DNA from: Candidatus Kuenenbacteria bacterium HGW-Kuenenbacteria-1
GTDB taxonomy: Bacteria; Patescibacteriota; Patescibacteriia; UBA2591; PGYQ01
Reading direction: 5' to 3'
Assembly: GCA_002839745.1 (NCBI GenBank)
Contig: PGYQ01000001.1
Coordinates: 80,775 to 144,774, forward strand
DNA length: 64,000 nt
Every line of letters starts with the position of its first letter. The stretch's first letter is position 1. The notes beneath the pieces were generated by a model, which made no database searches, was not told the origin of the DNA, and was given only the letters and a program-made list of their open reading frames with translations. This document shows, piece by piece, positions 51,099-60,310 of the stretch. The position numbers were made by a program, and so were the translations under genes.

Positions 51099-52295
51099 TT
51101 ATTTTATATCTCCTCCCCAAATATAACCCTTAAATTTAGGAACATTTTTTCTTCCGATCAAATAATCTTTTTTTATACCTGCTATTTTTGATAATCTTTC
51201 TAAATTGTTTTGATCAATTTTAGTTGGTGATTCTTTAATTTCTAATGCTATTTTTTTATTTAAAATAAAATCAATTTCATTTCCATCTTTTAAAGCATAA
51301 TAACGAACCTCTCCTTTATGACGAATTTGATTAAAAAATGCATTTTCAAATTTTGATCCACTACTATTTTCCGCTAAAATATTTACTAATCCATTATCGC
51401 AAAAATAAATTTTCTGAGCTTTTACTATTTCGCGATCTATACTATGAGTATGAACAGATATTCTATGAATTAAATAAGTTTTTTCAAAAAAATCTATATA
51501 TTCTTCAACTGTATGACGCGATAAACCGCTTAGGCTAGCCAGTTTATTATAATCAAGACGAGTACCAATTCTAGATGCCAACATTTTTATTAAATTATAA
51601 ATCTCTTTGTCTTTGCGAAAATCAGAAAGTGTTTTTATATCAATATTTACATAAGAGCTAATAATATCATTTAATATCTCTTTTTTAAGTTCATCTTTTT
51701 TTACTAATACTACTTCTGGAAATCCGCCAAAATTAATAAATTCTTCATAATAAAATCTTAATCTTTCATATTCAAATTCAGAAAACATTTTCTCAAAAAT
51801 ATTTTTTTCTTTATAATAAACTTCTTTAAAATTTAAAAACTCGCCAAAATCCAATGGAAATAATTCAAATACAATTTTTCTTCCTGCAAGTGATTGAGTA
51901 AAAAAATTTTTAAGATAATAAGAACTTGAACCAGTTACAAAAAATTTTATATTATAATGATCATAAAGATATTTTATAACACTTGTAATATTAGGTAGAA
52001 ATTGGATTTCATCAATAGCTAAATAAATTTTCTTTCGTATATTTATTCCTTTTCCTTCAAGATCAAGTAAAATATTATCATAATTTTCTTGATCAAAAAC
52101 ATTTCTATCTGATAATTTTTCTAAATCAAAATAGATCTTATTTTCGGACTTTATTTCAGAAAGAATTTGTTTTAAAATAGTGGTTTTTCCAACCCTTCTC
52201 ATTCCAGTAATAACAATTACTTGTTTTGCTTTAAAATATTTTTTAATGTTTTTATAAATTTTTCGCTGATATATCATATATTTATATATTACCAA
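51099..52295 (-). CDS. AAA-family ATPase, AAA_14 N-terminal plus DUF4143-like C-terminal
   Basis: Walker A VITGMRRVGKTT. Walker B IYLAIDEIQ. C-terminal FCDNGL...YALKDGNEIDFIL is typical of DUF4143 ATPases. Confidence 0.65.
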   Translation of the reverse strand: MVIYKYMIYQRKIYKNIKKYFKAKQVIVITGMRRVGKTTILKQILSEIKSENKIYFDLEKLSDRNVFDQENYDNILLDLEGKGINIRKKIYLAIDEIQFLPNITSVIKYLYDHYNIKFFVTGSSSYYLKNFFTQSLAGRKIVFELFPLDFGEFLNFKEVYYKEKNIFEKMFSEFEYERLRFYYEEFINFGGFPEVVLVKKDELKKEILNDIISSYVNIDIKTLSDFRKDKEIYNLIKMLASRIGTRLDYNKLASLSGLSRHTVEEYIDFFEKTYLIHRISVHTHSIDREIVKAQKIYFCDNGLVNILAENSSGSKFENAFFNQIRHKGEVRYYALKDGNEIDFILNKKIALEIKESPTKIDQNNLERLSKIAGIKKDYLIGRKNVPKFKGYIWGGDIK

Positions 52296-52458
52296 AGTAT
52301 AAGTACACTATAACTTTAGTAATACTATTTTGTCAATAGGTTTTTATTTAAGTGATTAAAATTGAACTCCTATCACTTTTATTTTATATGATATTTTCTT
52401 TTTTAATTTATTGCATTGGAAAGTAAATATTTATTCTCTTTCTGTCATCCCGACCCCC

Positions 52459-52621
52459 CACGGTTGGGATGTTCTAAAAAAAATATAAAATGTGTTATTA
52501 TTTATAAATAATTTTATTAAAAATTAATAAATTTATGGGGTAGATGAGAGCCTCTGCTCTCATCTTTTTTTTGGTTGGAGCAGAAGCTCCAACCTACCCA
52601 AATCTTTTGGTTAGAACATCC
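52459..52621. mobile_element. MITE-like element: a 163-bp unit bounded by 19-bp perfect terminal inverted repeats, carrying an inverted REP-like copy
   Basis: Left TIR CACGGTTGGGATGTTCTAA (52459-77). Right TIR TTAGAACATCCCAACCGTG (52603-21). The interior is AT-rich except for the REP-like palindrome at 52529-52591. Confidence 0.5.
52529..52591 (-). repeat. REP-like nested palindrome, copy 3, in reverse orientation and slightly diverged
   Basis: The reverse complement is GGGTAGGTTGGAGCTTCTGCTCCAACCAAAAAAAAGATGAGAGCAGAGGCTCTCATCTACCCC. Against copies 1 and 2 it has one substitution in the first hairpin and a longer A-tract. Confidence 0.65.
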
Positions 52622-52639
52622 CAACCGTGCCCTAGAGCC

Positions 52640-53002
52640 TTATTTTAATTTTTCTTTTACCCATTCAACAATTTCAGCGATGGGTTTGTCAGATTTAACA
52701 AAAAAAGCTATCGCGCCTAATTCTATTGCACGTTTTTCATCATCTAACTGACCCAAATTAGTCAATACAGCCACTGGTATTTTAATTTTTATTTCCTTTA
52801 ATTTTTCTAATACTTGAAATCCATCCATTTTTGGCATAATTAAATCAAGTAAAATAAAATCTACTGTTTCTTTTTCAAGAAACAAAATAGCCTCTTTTCC
52901 ATTTTGTGCATTAATTACATCAAAACCTTCAAACTTAAGTTTAAATTTTAATGCATTTGCGATTGATTTTTCATCTTCTATAATAAGAATTCTTTTTGGC
53001 AT
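52640..53002 (-). CDS. stand-alone response regulator receiver domain (CheY-like)
   Basis: ILIIEDE ... ILLDLIMPKMDG ... and a K near the C-terminus. 120 aa with no output domain. Confidence 0.8.
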   Translation of the reverse strand: MPKRILIIEDEKSIANALKFKLKFEGFDVINAQNGKEAILFLEKETVDFILLDLIMPKMDGFQVLEKLKEIKIKIPVAVLTNLGQLDDEKRAIELGAIAFFVKSDKPIAEIVEWVKEKLK

Positions 53003-53112
53003 AAAAGTTAGCCATCAGGTTTTAACTGTTAGCTTAGGTTTAAATCATAAATCTAAAATCTTAAATTTCTAATTTAAAGACAAATAAGGGTGCTTCTATA
53101 TAAAATTACATT

Positions 53113-53493
53113 TTATAATTCCAATTTTTCTTTTACTTTTTGAACAACATCGTTAATTTTCCAATCTGATTTTACAAGATAACTATGGAATCCAAATAAC
53201 ATTGCTTCAGCCACTTTTTCACTATCACTTAAATTTGTCAACATAATTACCTTTGCATTTTTTCCCCATTCACTTTCTGTTCTTAATTTTTTTAGCATTG
53301 TGATGCCATCCATTACAGGCATTACAATGTCTAATAAAATTAAATCGGGTTTTTCTTGCAAAGCAATTTCAAACCCTTGCTCGCCATTTTTTGCATCAAA
53401 TACTGTGAATTCTTCAGATTCTAGTTTTTTATGAAGAATACTTAATAATGCTATTTCATCTTCTACAATAAGAATTCTTTTTTTTGTATTCAT
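53113..53493 (-). CDS. stand-alone response regulator receiver domain (CheY-like), second copy
   Basis: ILIVEDE ... LILLDIVMPVMDG. 126 aa. Confidence 0.8.
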   Translation of the reverse strand: MNTKKRILIVEDEIALLSILHKKLESEEFTVFDAKNGEQGFEIALQEKPDLILLDIVMPVMDGITMLKKLRTESEWGKNAKVIMLTNLSDSEKVAEAMLFGFHSYLVKSDWKINDVVQKVKEKLEL

Positions 53494-53659
53494 AAAAATT
53501 AATTATTATAATAAAATTATTTATAGTTTATAGTATTTTAGAATTAAAACAAGGGTGTGTATAATATTAAAAACCAAAATTTAAATATTAAAAACCCAAT
53601 TATTGATTTTTAGATTATTTTTTGTTAATCTTTATATAATTTAACTTAGACTTATTTTT

Positions 53660-55090
53660 ATGTTCAGAAAAGAATCATATATTTTACGTGACTCTCAAGA
53701 AAACCAAAAAACTCATAATATTTTTTCAATTATTATAGAAGGTCAAGAAGAAAAAAATCTAGAAGAAAAAGAAAAATATCGTCAAAAACTAAAAAAAGAA
53801 ATGGAAAAAGGTTCAATAAATAAAGAGGCTAAAGATTTTTTATTTTCAGAATTTAAAATAGAAAAATCAAATGAAAATTTAAGTATTGATGAGCTGGTAG
53901 ATTTTTTGATTCCTAATAAATTTACCAAAAAAAAATCCGCGCCAACGCCAATAGAAACGTCTAAAATAAAAGAGGAACCACCTTTAAATGTTATTGAAAT
54001 AAATGATATTTTAATTCCAGCTAATAAAAACTTAATGCCAAGAAAAGAACAAAAGAACAATTATAACCAAGAAAAAATTAAAACTAAAAGTGGAAATAAA
54101 ATAGAAATGTTAACTAAACTATTAGAAAAAAATAATAAACCATATTTACGCATAAAGGGGGAAGTAGAAAAAGAAATGATGAGAAAAGAAGGTTATGAAA
54201 TGTTTGTTATCCCATTTTTTAAAAAAATGATTTTAGTTTGCAACGAAGAAAGAAATGCCACTTTTATAATTCATAAAATAGAAAATCCAGAATCTTTTGA
54301 TCCAATAAATCCAAAAACTTATTATGAAAATAATAAAGAGGCATTAAAATTTTATTATTCAATGACTAAAGATGAATTAAAAGCATTAAAAGGAATAGAA
54401 TTGGTAAGTTTAATTATTTGGTCTAATAAGGAAAAATGGGAAAATGATATTTTAAATATTTTAACTAAACAAATAGATCAAAAAATAGATCAAAAAGAAA
54501 TTTTAGAAATAATAAAAAAAGAAGAAAAATTAGAAAAAATTTCTGAAAGAGTAAAAGAATATCTTAGATCTCTTAATGATGGAGAATTAATGAAAAGTGG
54601 CTCTCAACTTTATAAAGAAGCTGAATTTCATGGGGAAAAAATTGATTTAAAAAGCGCAGGTTATTCTTTTGGCGCATTTCAATCATTATTGACGGAAATA
54701 AGAATAGAAAAAGGAATAAAATTATTTTGTGATCAAGTAAAAGAATATCTTGAATCTCTTCCTAATAAAGAATTAAAAAAAAGTAATCTTTTACTTCATC
54801 AAAAAGTTATAGAAAAATTTAAAGTTACTAGTGAAAGATATCCGCTTAAAACATTTGAAAGCATATTAAGTAATGTAAGAGTAGAAAAAGAAATAAAATT
54901 ATATTGGGAAGACGTAAAAAAAGAACTTATTTCTTTATCTGCTAAAGAATTAAGCCAAAAAAGTTCGTATTTTTATAAAAAAATTCAAGAAAAACTTGGA
55001 TTTACTGAAAACGATTATTCGTTTAGTGCATTTAGATATATATTAGGAAAAGTCCGAAATAAAAATAACAAAAACACAAAATTAATCTAA
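53660..55090 (+). CDS. hypothetical cytoplasmic protein with an acidic/basic N-terminal region and three C-terminal repeats of about 60 aa
   Basis: The repeats are (1) VKEYLRSLNDGELMKSGSQLYKEA...FGAFQSLLTEIRIEKGIKLF, (2) VKEYLESLPNKELKKSNLLLHQKV...LKTFESILSNVRVEKEIKLY and (3) VKKELISLSAKELSQKSSYFYKKI...FSAFRYILGKVRNKN. Confidence 0.5.
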   Translation: MFRKESYILRDSQENQKTHNIFSIIIEGQEEKNLEEKEKYRQKLKKEMEKGSINKEAKDFLFSEFKIEKSNENLSIDELVDFLIPNKFTKKKSAPTPIETSKIKEEPPLNVIEINDILIPANKNLMPRKEQKNNYNQEKIKTKSGNKIEMLTKLLEKNNKPYLRIKGEVEKEMMRKEGYEMFVIPFFKKMILVCNEERNATFIIHKIENPESFDPINPKTYYENNKEALKFYYSMTKDELKALKGIELVSLIIWSNKEKWENDILNILTKQIDQKIDQKEILEIIKKEEKLEKISERVKEYLRSLNDGELMKSGSQLYKEAEFHGEKIDLKSAGYSFGAFQSLLTEIRIEKGIKLFCDQVKEYLESLPNKELKKSNLLLHQKVIEKFKVTSERYPLKTFESILSNVRVEKEIKLYWEDVKKELISLSAKELSQKSSYFYKKIQEKLGFTENDYSFSAFRYILGKVRNKNNKNTKLI

Positions 55091-55098
55091 TTTTTCTT

Positions 55099-57744
55099 AT
55101 GAACAAAACTTACGAACCACAAAATTACGAAGATAAAATTTACCAGAAATGGGAAAATAGCGGTTATTTTAATCCAGATAAATGTGTTAAAGATGGAATA
55201 GCGGATAAAAACGCGCCAACTTATACAATTATTTTACCACCGCCAAATATAACAGCAAAATTACATTTAGGACATTCTGCGATGTTGGCAATTGAAGATT
55301 TAATGATTCGTTATCATAGAATGAAAGGCGATCAAACATTATGGTTGCCTGGAACCGATCATGCTGCAATTGCAACGCAAAATGCTGTTGAGAAAAAAAT
55401 ATTTAAAGAACAAGGTTTGACTCGTCATGATTTAGGTAGAGAAAAACTTCTTGAAGAAATTTGGATATTTTTAAAAGAAACGCAATCAACAATTTTAAAA
55501 CAAATGAGAAAAATGGGTGCTTCTTTAGATTGGTCGCGCGAAGCTTTTACTTTTGATAAACAAAGAGAAAAAGCAGTTACAAAAATGTTTGTTGATATGT
55601 ATGAAGCAGGTGTAATTTATAAAGGAGAAAGAATTGTAAATTGGTGTCCTAGATGCCATTCTACTTTAGCTGATGATGAAGTTGAATATAAAGAACAAAA
55701 AACAAAATTATATTTTTTCAAATATAGTAAAGATTTTCCTTTTACAATTGCAACTACTCGGCCAGAAACAAAATTAGGAGATACAGCAGTTGCAGTTAAT
55801 CCAAAAGATGACAGATATAAAAAATATATTGGAAAAATTTATGAAATAGATTTTTTAGGTGTTATTTTAAAATTAAAAATTATTGCAGATTATAATGTTG
55901 AAATGGAATTTGGAACAGGAGCTCTAGGTGTAACACCAGCTCACTCTGCAGTTGATTGGCAAATGGCTGAAAAAAATAATTTAGAAATAATTAAAGTAAT
56001 AGATGAAAATGGAAAAATCAGACAGGGATTTAATGAATTTTCAAATAAAAATGTTTTAGAAGCGCGAGAAATGATTGTTGAAAAATTAAAACAGCAAAAT
56101 TTATTAGAAAAAGAAGAAGAAATAAATAATAATTTATCAATTTGTTATCGTTGCAACACACCAATTGAACCATTGCCATCAAAACAATGGTTTGTTAATG
56201 TAAATAAAAAATTAGAAAGATTAGGAAATAAATCATTAAAAGAAAAAGCAATTGAAGTTGCAAAAAATAAAGAAATAAAATTTATTCCTGAAAGGTTTGA
56301 AAAAAGATATTTAGATTGGATGGAAAATTTGCATGATTGGTGCATTTCAAGACAAATTTGGTTTGGACATCAGATTCCTGTTTGGTATAAAAGTAAGTTT
56401 AAAGATAATGATGAAATTTATGTTGGTATTGAAAAACCAAAAGAAGATAATTGGACTCAAGATCCAGATACTTTGGACACTTGGTTTTCTTCTGGCATGT
56501 GGACTTTTTCAACATTAGGATGGCCTGATACTTTTAAAAAAAATAAAAAATCAGGAGATTTAGCGAAATTTCATTCAACGCAAGTTTTGGAAACTGGATA
56601 TGAAATTTTAACGCTTTGGGTTTCGCGGATGATTATGATGTCTTTATTTGCTATTCAAGAAATTCCTTTTGAAAATGTTTATTTGCATGGAATGATTTTA
56701 GATAAAAATGGGAAAAAAATGAGCAAATCAAAAGGTAATGGAATTGATCCAATTGATATGATTGAAAAATTTGGCGCTGATGCTGTTCGTTTATCAATGT
56801 TAATTGGAAATACCCCTGGCAATGACGCGCGATTAAGCGAAGAAAAAATTGAAGGATTTAGAAATTTTATTAATAAGTTGTGGAATATTTCAAGGTTTAT
56901 AATAAGTCAAAAATCTATAAAGTTGAAAGTTGAAAAATTAGAAATAAAAATCGAAAAAGAATGTTTAACTTTGGCTGATGTTTGGATTTTGAATAAATTT
57001 AATAATTTAATAAAAAAAGTTGACGATGATTTAAATAATTATAATTTTTCACAAGCTGGTGAAAAATTAAAAGAATTTACTTGGAATGATTTTGCTGATT
57101 GGTATTTAGAAATAAGTAAGTTTGAAAAAAATGAAGAAAAAAATGAAATATTATTTTATATTTTAGAAAATTTATTAAAACTTTGGCATCCATTTATTCC
57201 TTTTATTACTGAAGTTATTTGGCAAGAATTAAGCGAGCGAAAATTTTTAATGATAGAAAAATGGCCAACCCAATTTGTTGTAAAAAAAAATAATATAGGA
57301 AATGATTTTGAAATAATTAAAAATATTATTATTGCTATTCGTAATGTGCGATCTGAAAATAAAATTGAACCTTCTCAAAAAATTAAAGTAATAATTTATG
57401 CTAACAAAAAAATTGAGTTAATAAAAAATCAAATTCATTTAATTAAAAGTTTGCGAACAAATATAAATGAAATAGAAGTTAAAGATAAAGGAGAAAAAAT
57501 ATCTCAGGCAATTTATATTTCTGTTGATGAGATTGAAATTTATTTATTAGCAGAAATAGATGTTGAAAAAGAAAAAGCAAGAAAAGAAAAAGAAATTAAT
57601 AATTTAGAAAAAATAATAAAAACAGTTAAGAATAAATTAAGTAATCAAGAATTTATTAAAAAAGCGCCAAAACAAATTATTAAACAAGAAAAAGAAAAAT
57701 TAGAATTATGGCAAACAGAATTAAAAAATTTAAAATTTTTATAA
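55099..57744 (+). CDS. valS: valyl-tRNA synthetase
   Basis: PPPNITAKLHLGHSAMLAIEDLMIRYHRMKGDQTLWLPGTDHAAIATQ (HIGH motif), GKKMSKSKGNGIDP (KMSKS motif), a CP1 editing domain and a C-terminal coiled coil. Confidence 0.9.
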   Translation: MNKTYEPQNYEDKIYQKWENSGYFNPDKCVKDGIADKNAPTYTIILPPPNITAKLHLGHSAMLAIEDLMIRYHRMKGDQTLWLPGTDHAAIATQNAVEKKIFKEQGLTRHDLGREKLLEEIWIFLKETQSTILKQMRKMGASLDWSREAFTFDKQREKAVTKMFVDMYEAGVIYKGERIVNWCPRCHSTLADDEVEYKEQKTKLYFFKYSKDFPFTIATTRPETKLGDTAVAVNPKDDRYKKYIGKIYEIDFLGVILKLKIIADYNVEMEFGTGALGVTPAHSAVDWQMAEKNNLEIIKVIDENGKIRQGFNEFSNKNVLEAREMIVEKLKQQNLLEKEEEINNNLSICYRCNTPIEPLPSKQWFVNVNKKLERLGNKSLKEKAIEVAKNKEIKFIPERFEKRYLDWMENLHDWCISRQIWFGHQIPVWYKSKFKDNDEIYVGIEKPKEDNWTQDPDTLDTWFSSGMWTFSTLGWPDTFKKNKKSGDLAKFHSTQVLETGYEILTLWVSRMIMMSLFAIQEIPFENVYLHGMILDKNGKKMSKSKGNGIDPIDMIEKFGADAVRLSMLIGNTPGNDARLSEEKIEGFRNFINKLWNISRFIISQKSIKLKVEKLEIKIEKECLTLADVWILNKFNNLIKKVDDDLNNYNFSQAGEKLKEFTWNDFADWYLEISKFEKNEEKNEILFYILENLLKLWHPFIPFITEVIWQELSERKFLMIEKWPTQFVVKKNNIGNDFEIIKNIIIAIRNVRSENKIEPSQKIKVIIYANKKIELIKNQIHLIKSLRTNINEIEVKDKGEKISQAIYISVDEIEIYLLAEIDVEKEKARKEKEINNLEKIIKTVKNKLSNQEFIKKAPKQIIKQEKEKLELWQTELKNLKFL

Positions 57745-57745
57745 T

Positions 57746-60256
57746 ATGAAATTGAAAATTAGAAAAATAAAAGAAAAAGAAAACGAAACTTTAGATAAAA
57801 AACAGCTTCATTTAGTTAATCTTAAAATTTTAAAAAAGAAAAAAAATATTTTTTCTTTTTTAAAATATATTATATATTCACAAAAAATAATTCATAAGAT
57901 AAAAATTTTTTTACAAAATTTAATATCCTTAAAAAAAATAAAATATGAATTTTCTGAATCTAAAAAAGCATTATTTTTTTATACACAAAAATTTTTTATC
58001 TCCTTTAAAACTCTCTTATTTAAATTTCCTTTAATAATTAAATTAATAAACATAAAACATTTATTCAATGTTTTTTTAACAAAACTTGCCTTTATTGAAA
58101 ATCAATGTCTTTCTTTTATTATAATAATATATAAAAAAACTACAAACAAAAAACATTTAAATATTCCATTTAAAAAAGAACTGCCTTTAAAAAGTATTCC
58201 ATTAAAAAAAATAGAATCTCAAAAAACAATCATAAAAAAAATAAACAAACATCACTCTTTTGTACAAAATTTAATATTTCTAATAAAAAAAATTTTTAAT
58301 ATTCCTTTATTTTTCCAACAAATTTCACATATTTCTTTTAAAAAATTAAAAATAAATCCTTTTAAGGATTTGCAAAGAAAATTTAACAATGTAAACCCTA
58401 TTAAATACAAAGTAATTTTTACAGAACAAAAATTATTTAATAAAATAAAACCTCTTTTAATTTTTATTTTAATTGCTTTTATTTTTGTTTTTTCGCTTTA
58501 TTTTTTATTTTTAAAACAAAAATCTCAAAACCCTATAAAAGAAACTAAAAAAAATATTGTAGAATTAACCAATGAAATTGGTTTATCTAATTTTATTTTA
58601 AATCAACAACAATTAAACCAGATAATTAAATTATTACCTGCTAATTCAAAAAATCGCGCTTTATTTAAAGCTGAAAAATATTTATCAGAATCTGAAAAAT
58701 ATTTAATTTCCGCCTTAAATAAAGAAGGAATAAAAAAAGGAACTCCTTGTGAACAAATAACTGATTTTCAAAATAATTTATTAATAGCTTTGCCTAAAAT
58801 TCAAATTGCTAATTATTATTTAACTCAAGTTAAATTTGAAACAATTCCCAAACAAAACAGAAATGAATTTAATCAAGTAAAAATTTATTTATCAAAATTA
58901 GAAAATAATATTCAAGAATTTTTAGATTATTCAAAAATATTATTAAAAATACTTGGACACGAAAAAAAACAACGCTATTTAATTATTTTTCAAAATGATG
59001 ATAAAATACGCCCTACTGGCGGATCTATAGAAGCTTTTATTTTGGTTGATGTTAATCAAGGTATAATTAAAAAAGTAGAAACACAAGATCTTGCGTTTCT
59101 TGAACAACAAAATAATTTAATTCAACCGCCATATCCTTTGCGTCTTATTAATTCTTCTTGGCAAGCCCAAGACGCTAATTGGTTTCTTGATTTCCCTACT
59201 TCTGCTCAAAAAATTATTTCGTTTTATCAAAAATTAGAAAACTTTAATAAAAAAATTGATGGAGTAATTAGTTTAAACGCAAATTTAATTTCTAAAATTT
59301 TAGAAATTTACGGACCAACTAAAACTTCGCAATCTTCTATTTCTGATTTTATTCCTGAATTGTTAAATAAAATTTTGTCTTCTCAAAATAATCCAGAACA
59401 ATTTTTAAAAACTCTTGGGGTTTTAAATGAATCTTTATCTAAAAAAGATATAATGTTTTATTTTGATAATTTTGATTTACAAAAAGATATTTCAAAAAAT
59501 AATTGGAGCGGAGAAATAAAATCAATAAATAATGGGGATTATTTAGCTATTGTTAATGCTAATATTAATGGAGGATCGGATAAAAATATTAAACAATCAG
59601 TTAATTTGCAAACACAAATTTTAGACGATGGCGTAATTATTAATACAGTAAAAATTACTAGAACATATCTCGAAAGCGATGATTTTGCTAAAAATCTTAA
59701 TTATGTAAGAATTTATGTTCCAAAAGGAAGTACTTTTCTTGAAATAAAAGGATTTAAAAAACTTTTAACGTCTGAGTTTAAAATTTCTTCAGAAGAAACT
59801 TTAATAGATAAAGATTTATTAAAAATTCAAAAACAAATGTTAATTGATGAAGCCACTGAAACAAGAATTAATCAAGAATTTGATAAAACAGTTTTTGGTA
59901 ATTGGATTGAAGTTGAATCAGGAAAGTCTGCAACAATTACATTTAAATATAAATTACCTTTTAAATTTGAAGATTTAAAAACAAATTTAAATTCGCCAAA
60001 ATTTTTCCAACAATTTTATAAAAAAATAGCAAAAAATTTTAATTTAATTGATGAAACATTGCCTTATCAGCTTTTAATTCAAAAACAATCAGGAAGCAAA
60101 GATGATGTTTGGAAATATTCCATTAATTTACCAATAAATTGGCAATTAGTATGGCAAAATTTTCCTATTGATTTTTTAGAAAAAGACAATCAAATTGAAT
60201 TTAATTCTTTTTTAAACCAAGACCAACTTTGGACAATGCTGTTAAAGAAATTATAA
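57746..60256 (+). CDS. large DUF4012-like protein with a K/I-rich low-complexity N-terminal region and one TM
   Basis: KQRYLIIFQNDDKIRPTGGSIEAFILVDVNQG resembles the DUF4012 core as I recall it (RYLvlfQNnaElRptGG). TM segment LLIFILIAFIFVFSLYFLFL. The start codon is 2 nt after the valS stop. Confidence 0.5.
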   Translation: MKLKIRKIKEKENETLDKKQLHLVNLKILKKKKNIFSFLKYIIYSQKIIHKIKIFLQNLISLKKIKYEFSESKKALFFYTQKFFISFKTLLFKFPLIIKLINIKHLFNVFLTKLAFIENQCLSFIIIIYKKTTNKKHLNIPFKKELPLKSIPLKKIESQKTIIKKINKHHSFVQNLIFLIKKIFNIPLFFQQISHISFKKLKINPFKDLQRKFNNVNPIKYKVIFTEQKLFNKIKPLLIFILIAFIFVFSLYFLFLKQKSQNPIKETKKNIVELTNEIGLSNFILNQQQLNQIIKLLPANSKNRALFKAEKYLSESEKYLISALNKEGIKKGTPCEQITDFQNNLLIALPKIQIANYYLTQVKFETIPKQNRNEFNQVKIYLSKLENNIQEFLDYSKILLKILGHEKKQRYLIIFQNDDKIRPTGGSIEAFILVDVNQGIIKKVETQDLAFLEQQNNLIQPPYPLRLINSSWQAQDANWFLDFPTSAQKIISFYQKLENFNKKIDGVISLNANLISKILEIYGPTKTSQSSISDFIPELLNKILSSQNNPEQFLKTLGVLNESLSKKDIMFYFDNFDLQKDISKNNWSGEIKSINNGDYLAIVNANINGGSDKNIKQSVNLQTQILDDGVIINTVKITRTYLESDDFAKNLNYVRIYVPKGSTFLEIKGFKKLLTSEFKISSEETLIDKDLLKIQKQMLIDEATETRINQEFDKTVFGNWIEVESGKSATITFKYKLPFKFEDLKTNLNSPKFFQQFYKKIAKNFNLIDETLPYQLLIQKQSGSKDDVWKYSINLPINWQLVWQNFPIDFLEKDNQIEFNSFLNQDQLWTMLLKKL

Positions 60257-60310
60257 ATTTTAAATTAAAGAATTTGTACTTTTCACTTTTATTTTCTAAA
60301 ACCTAATTTT

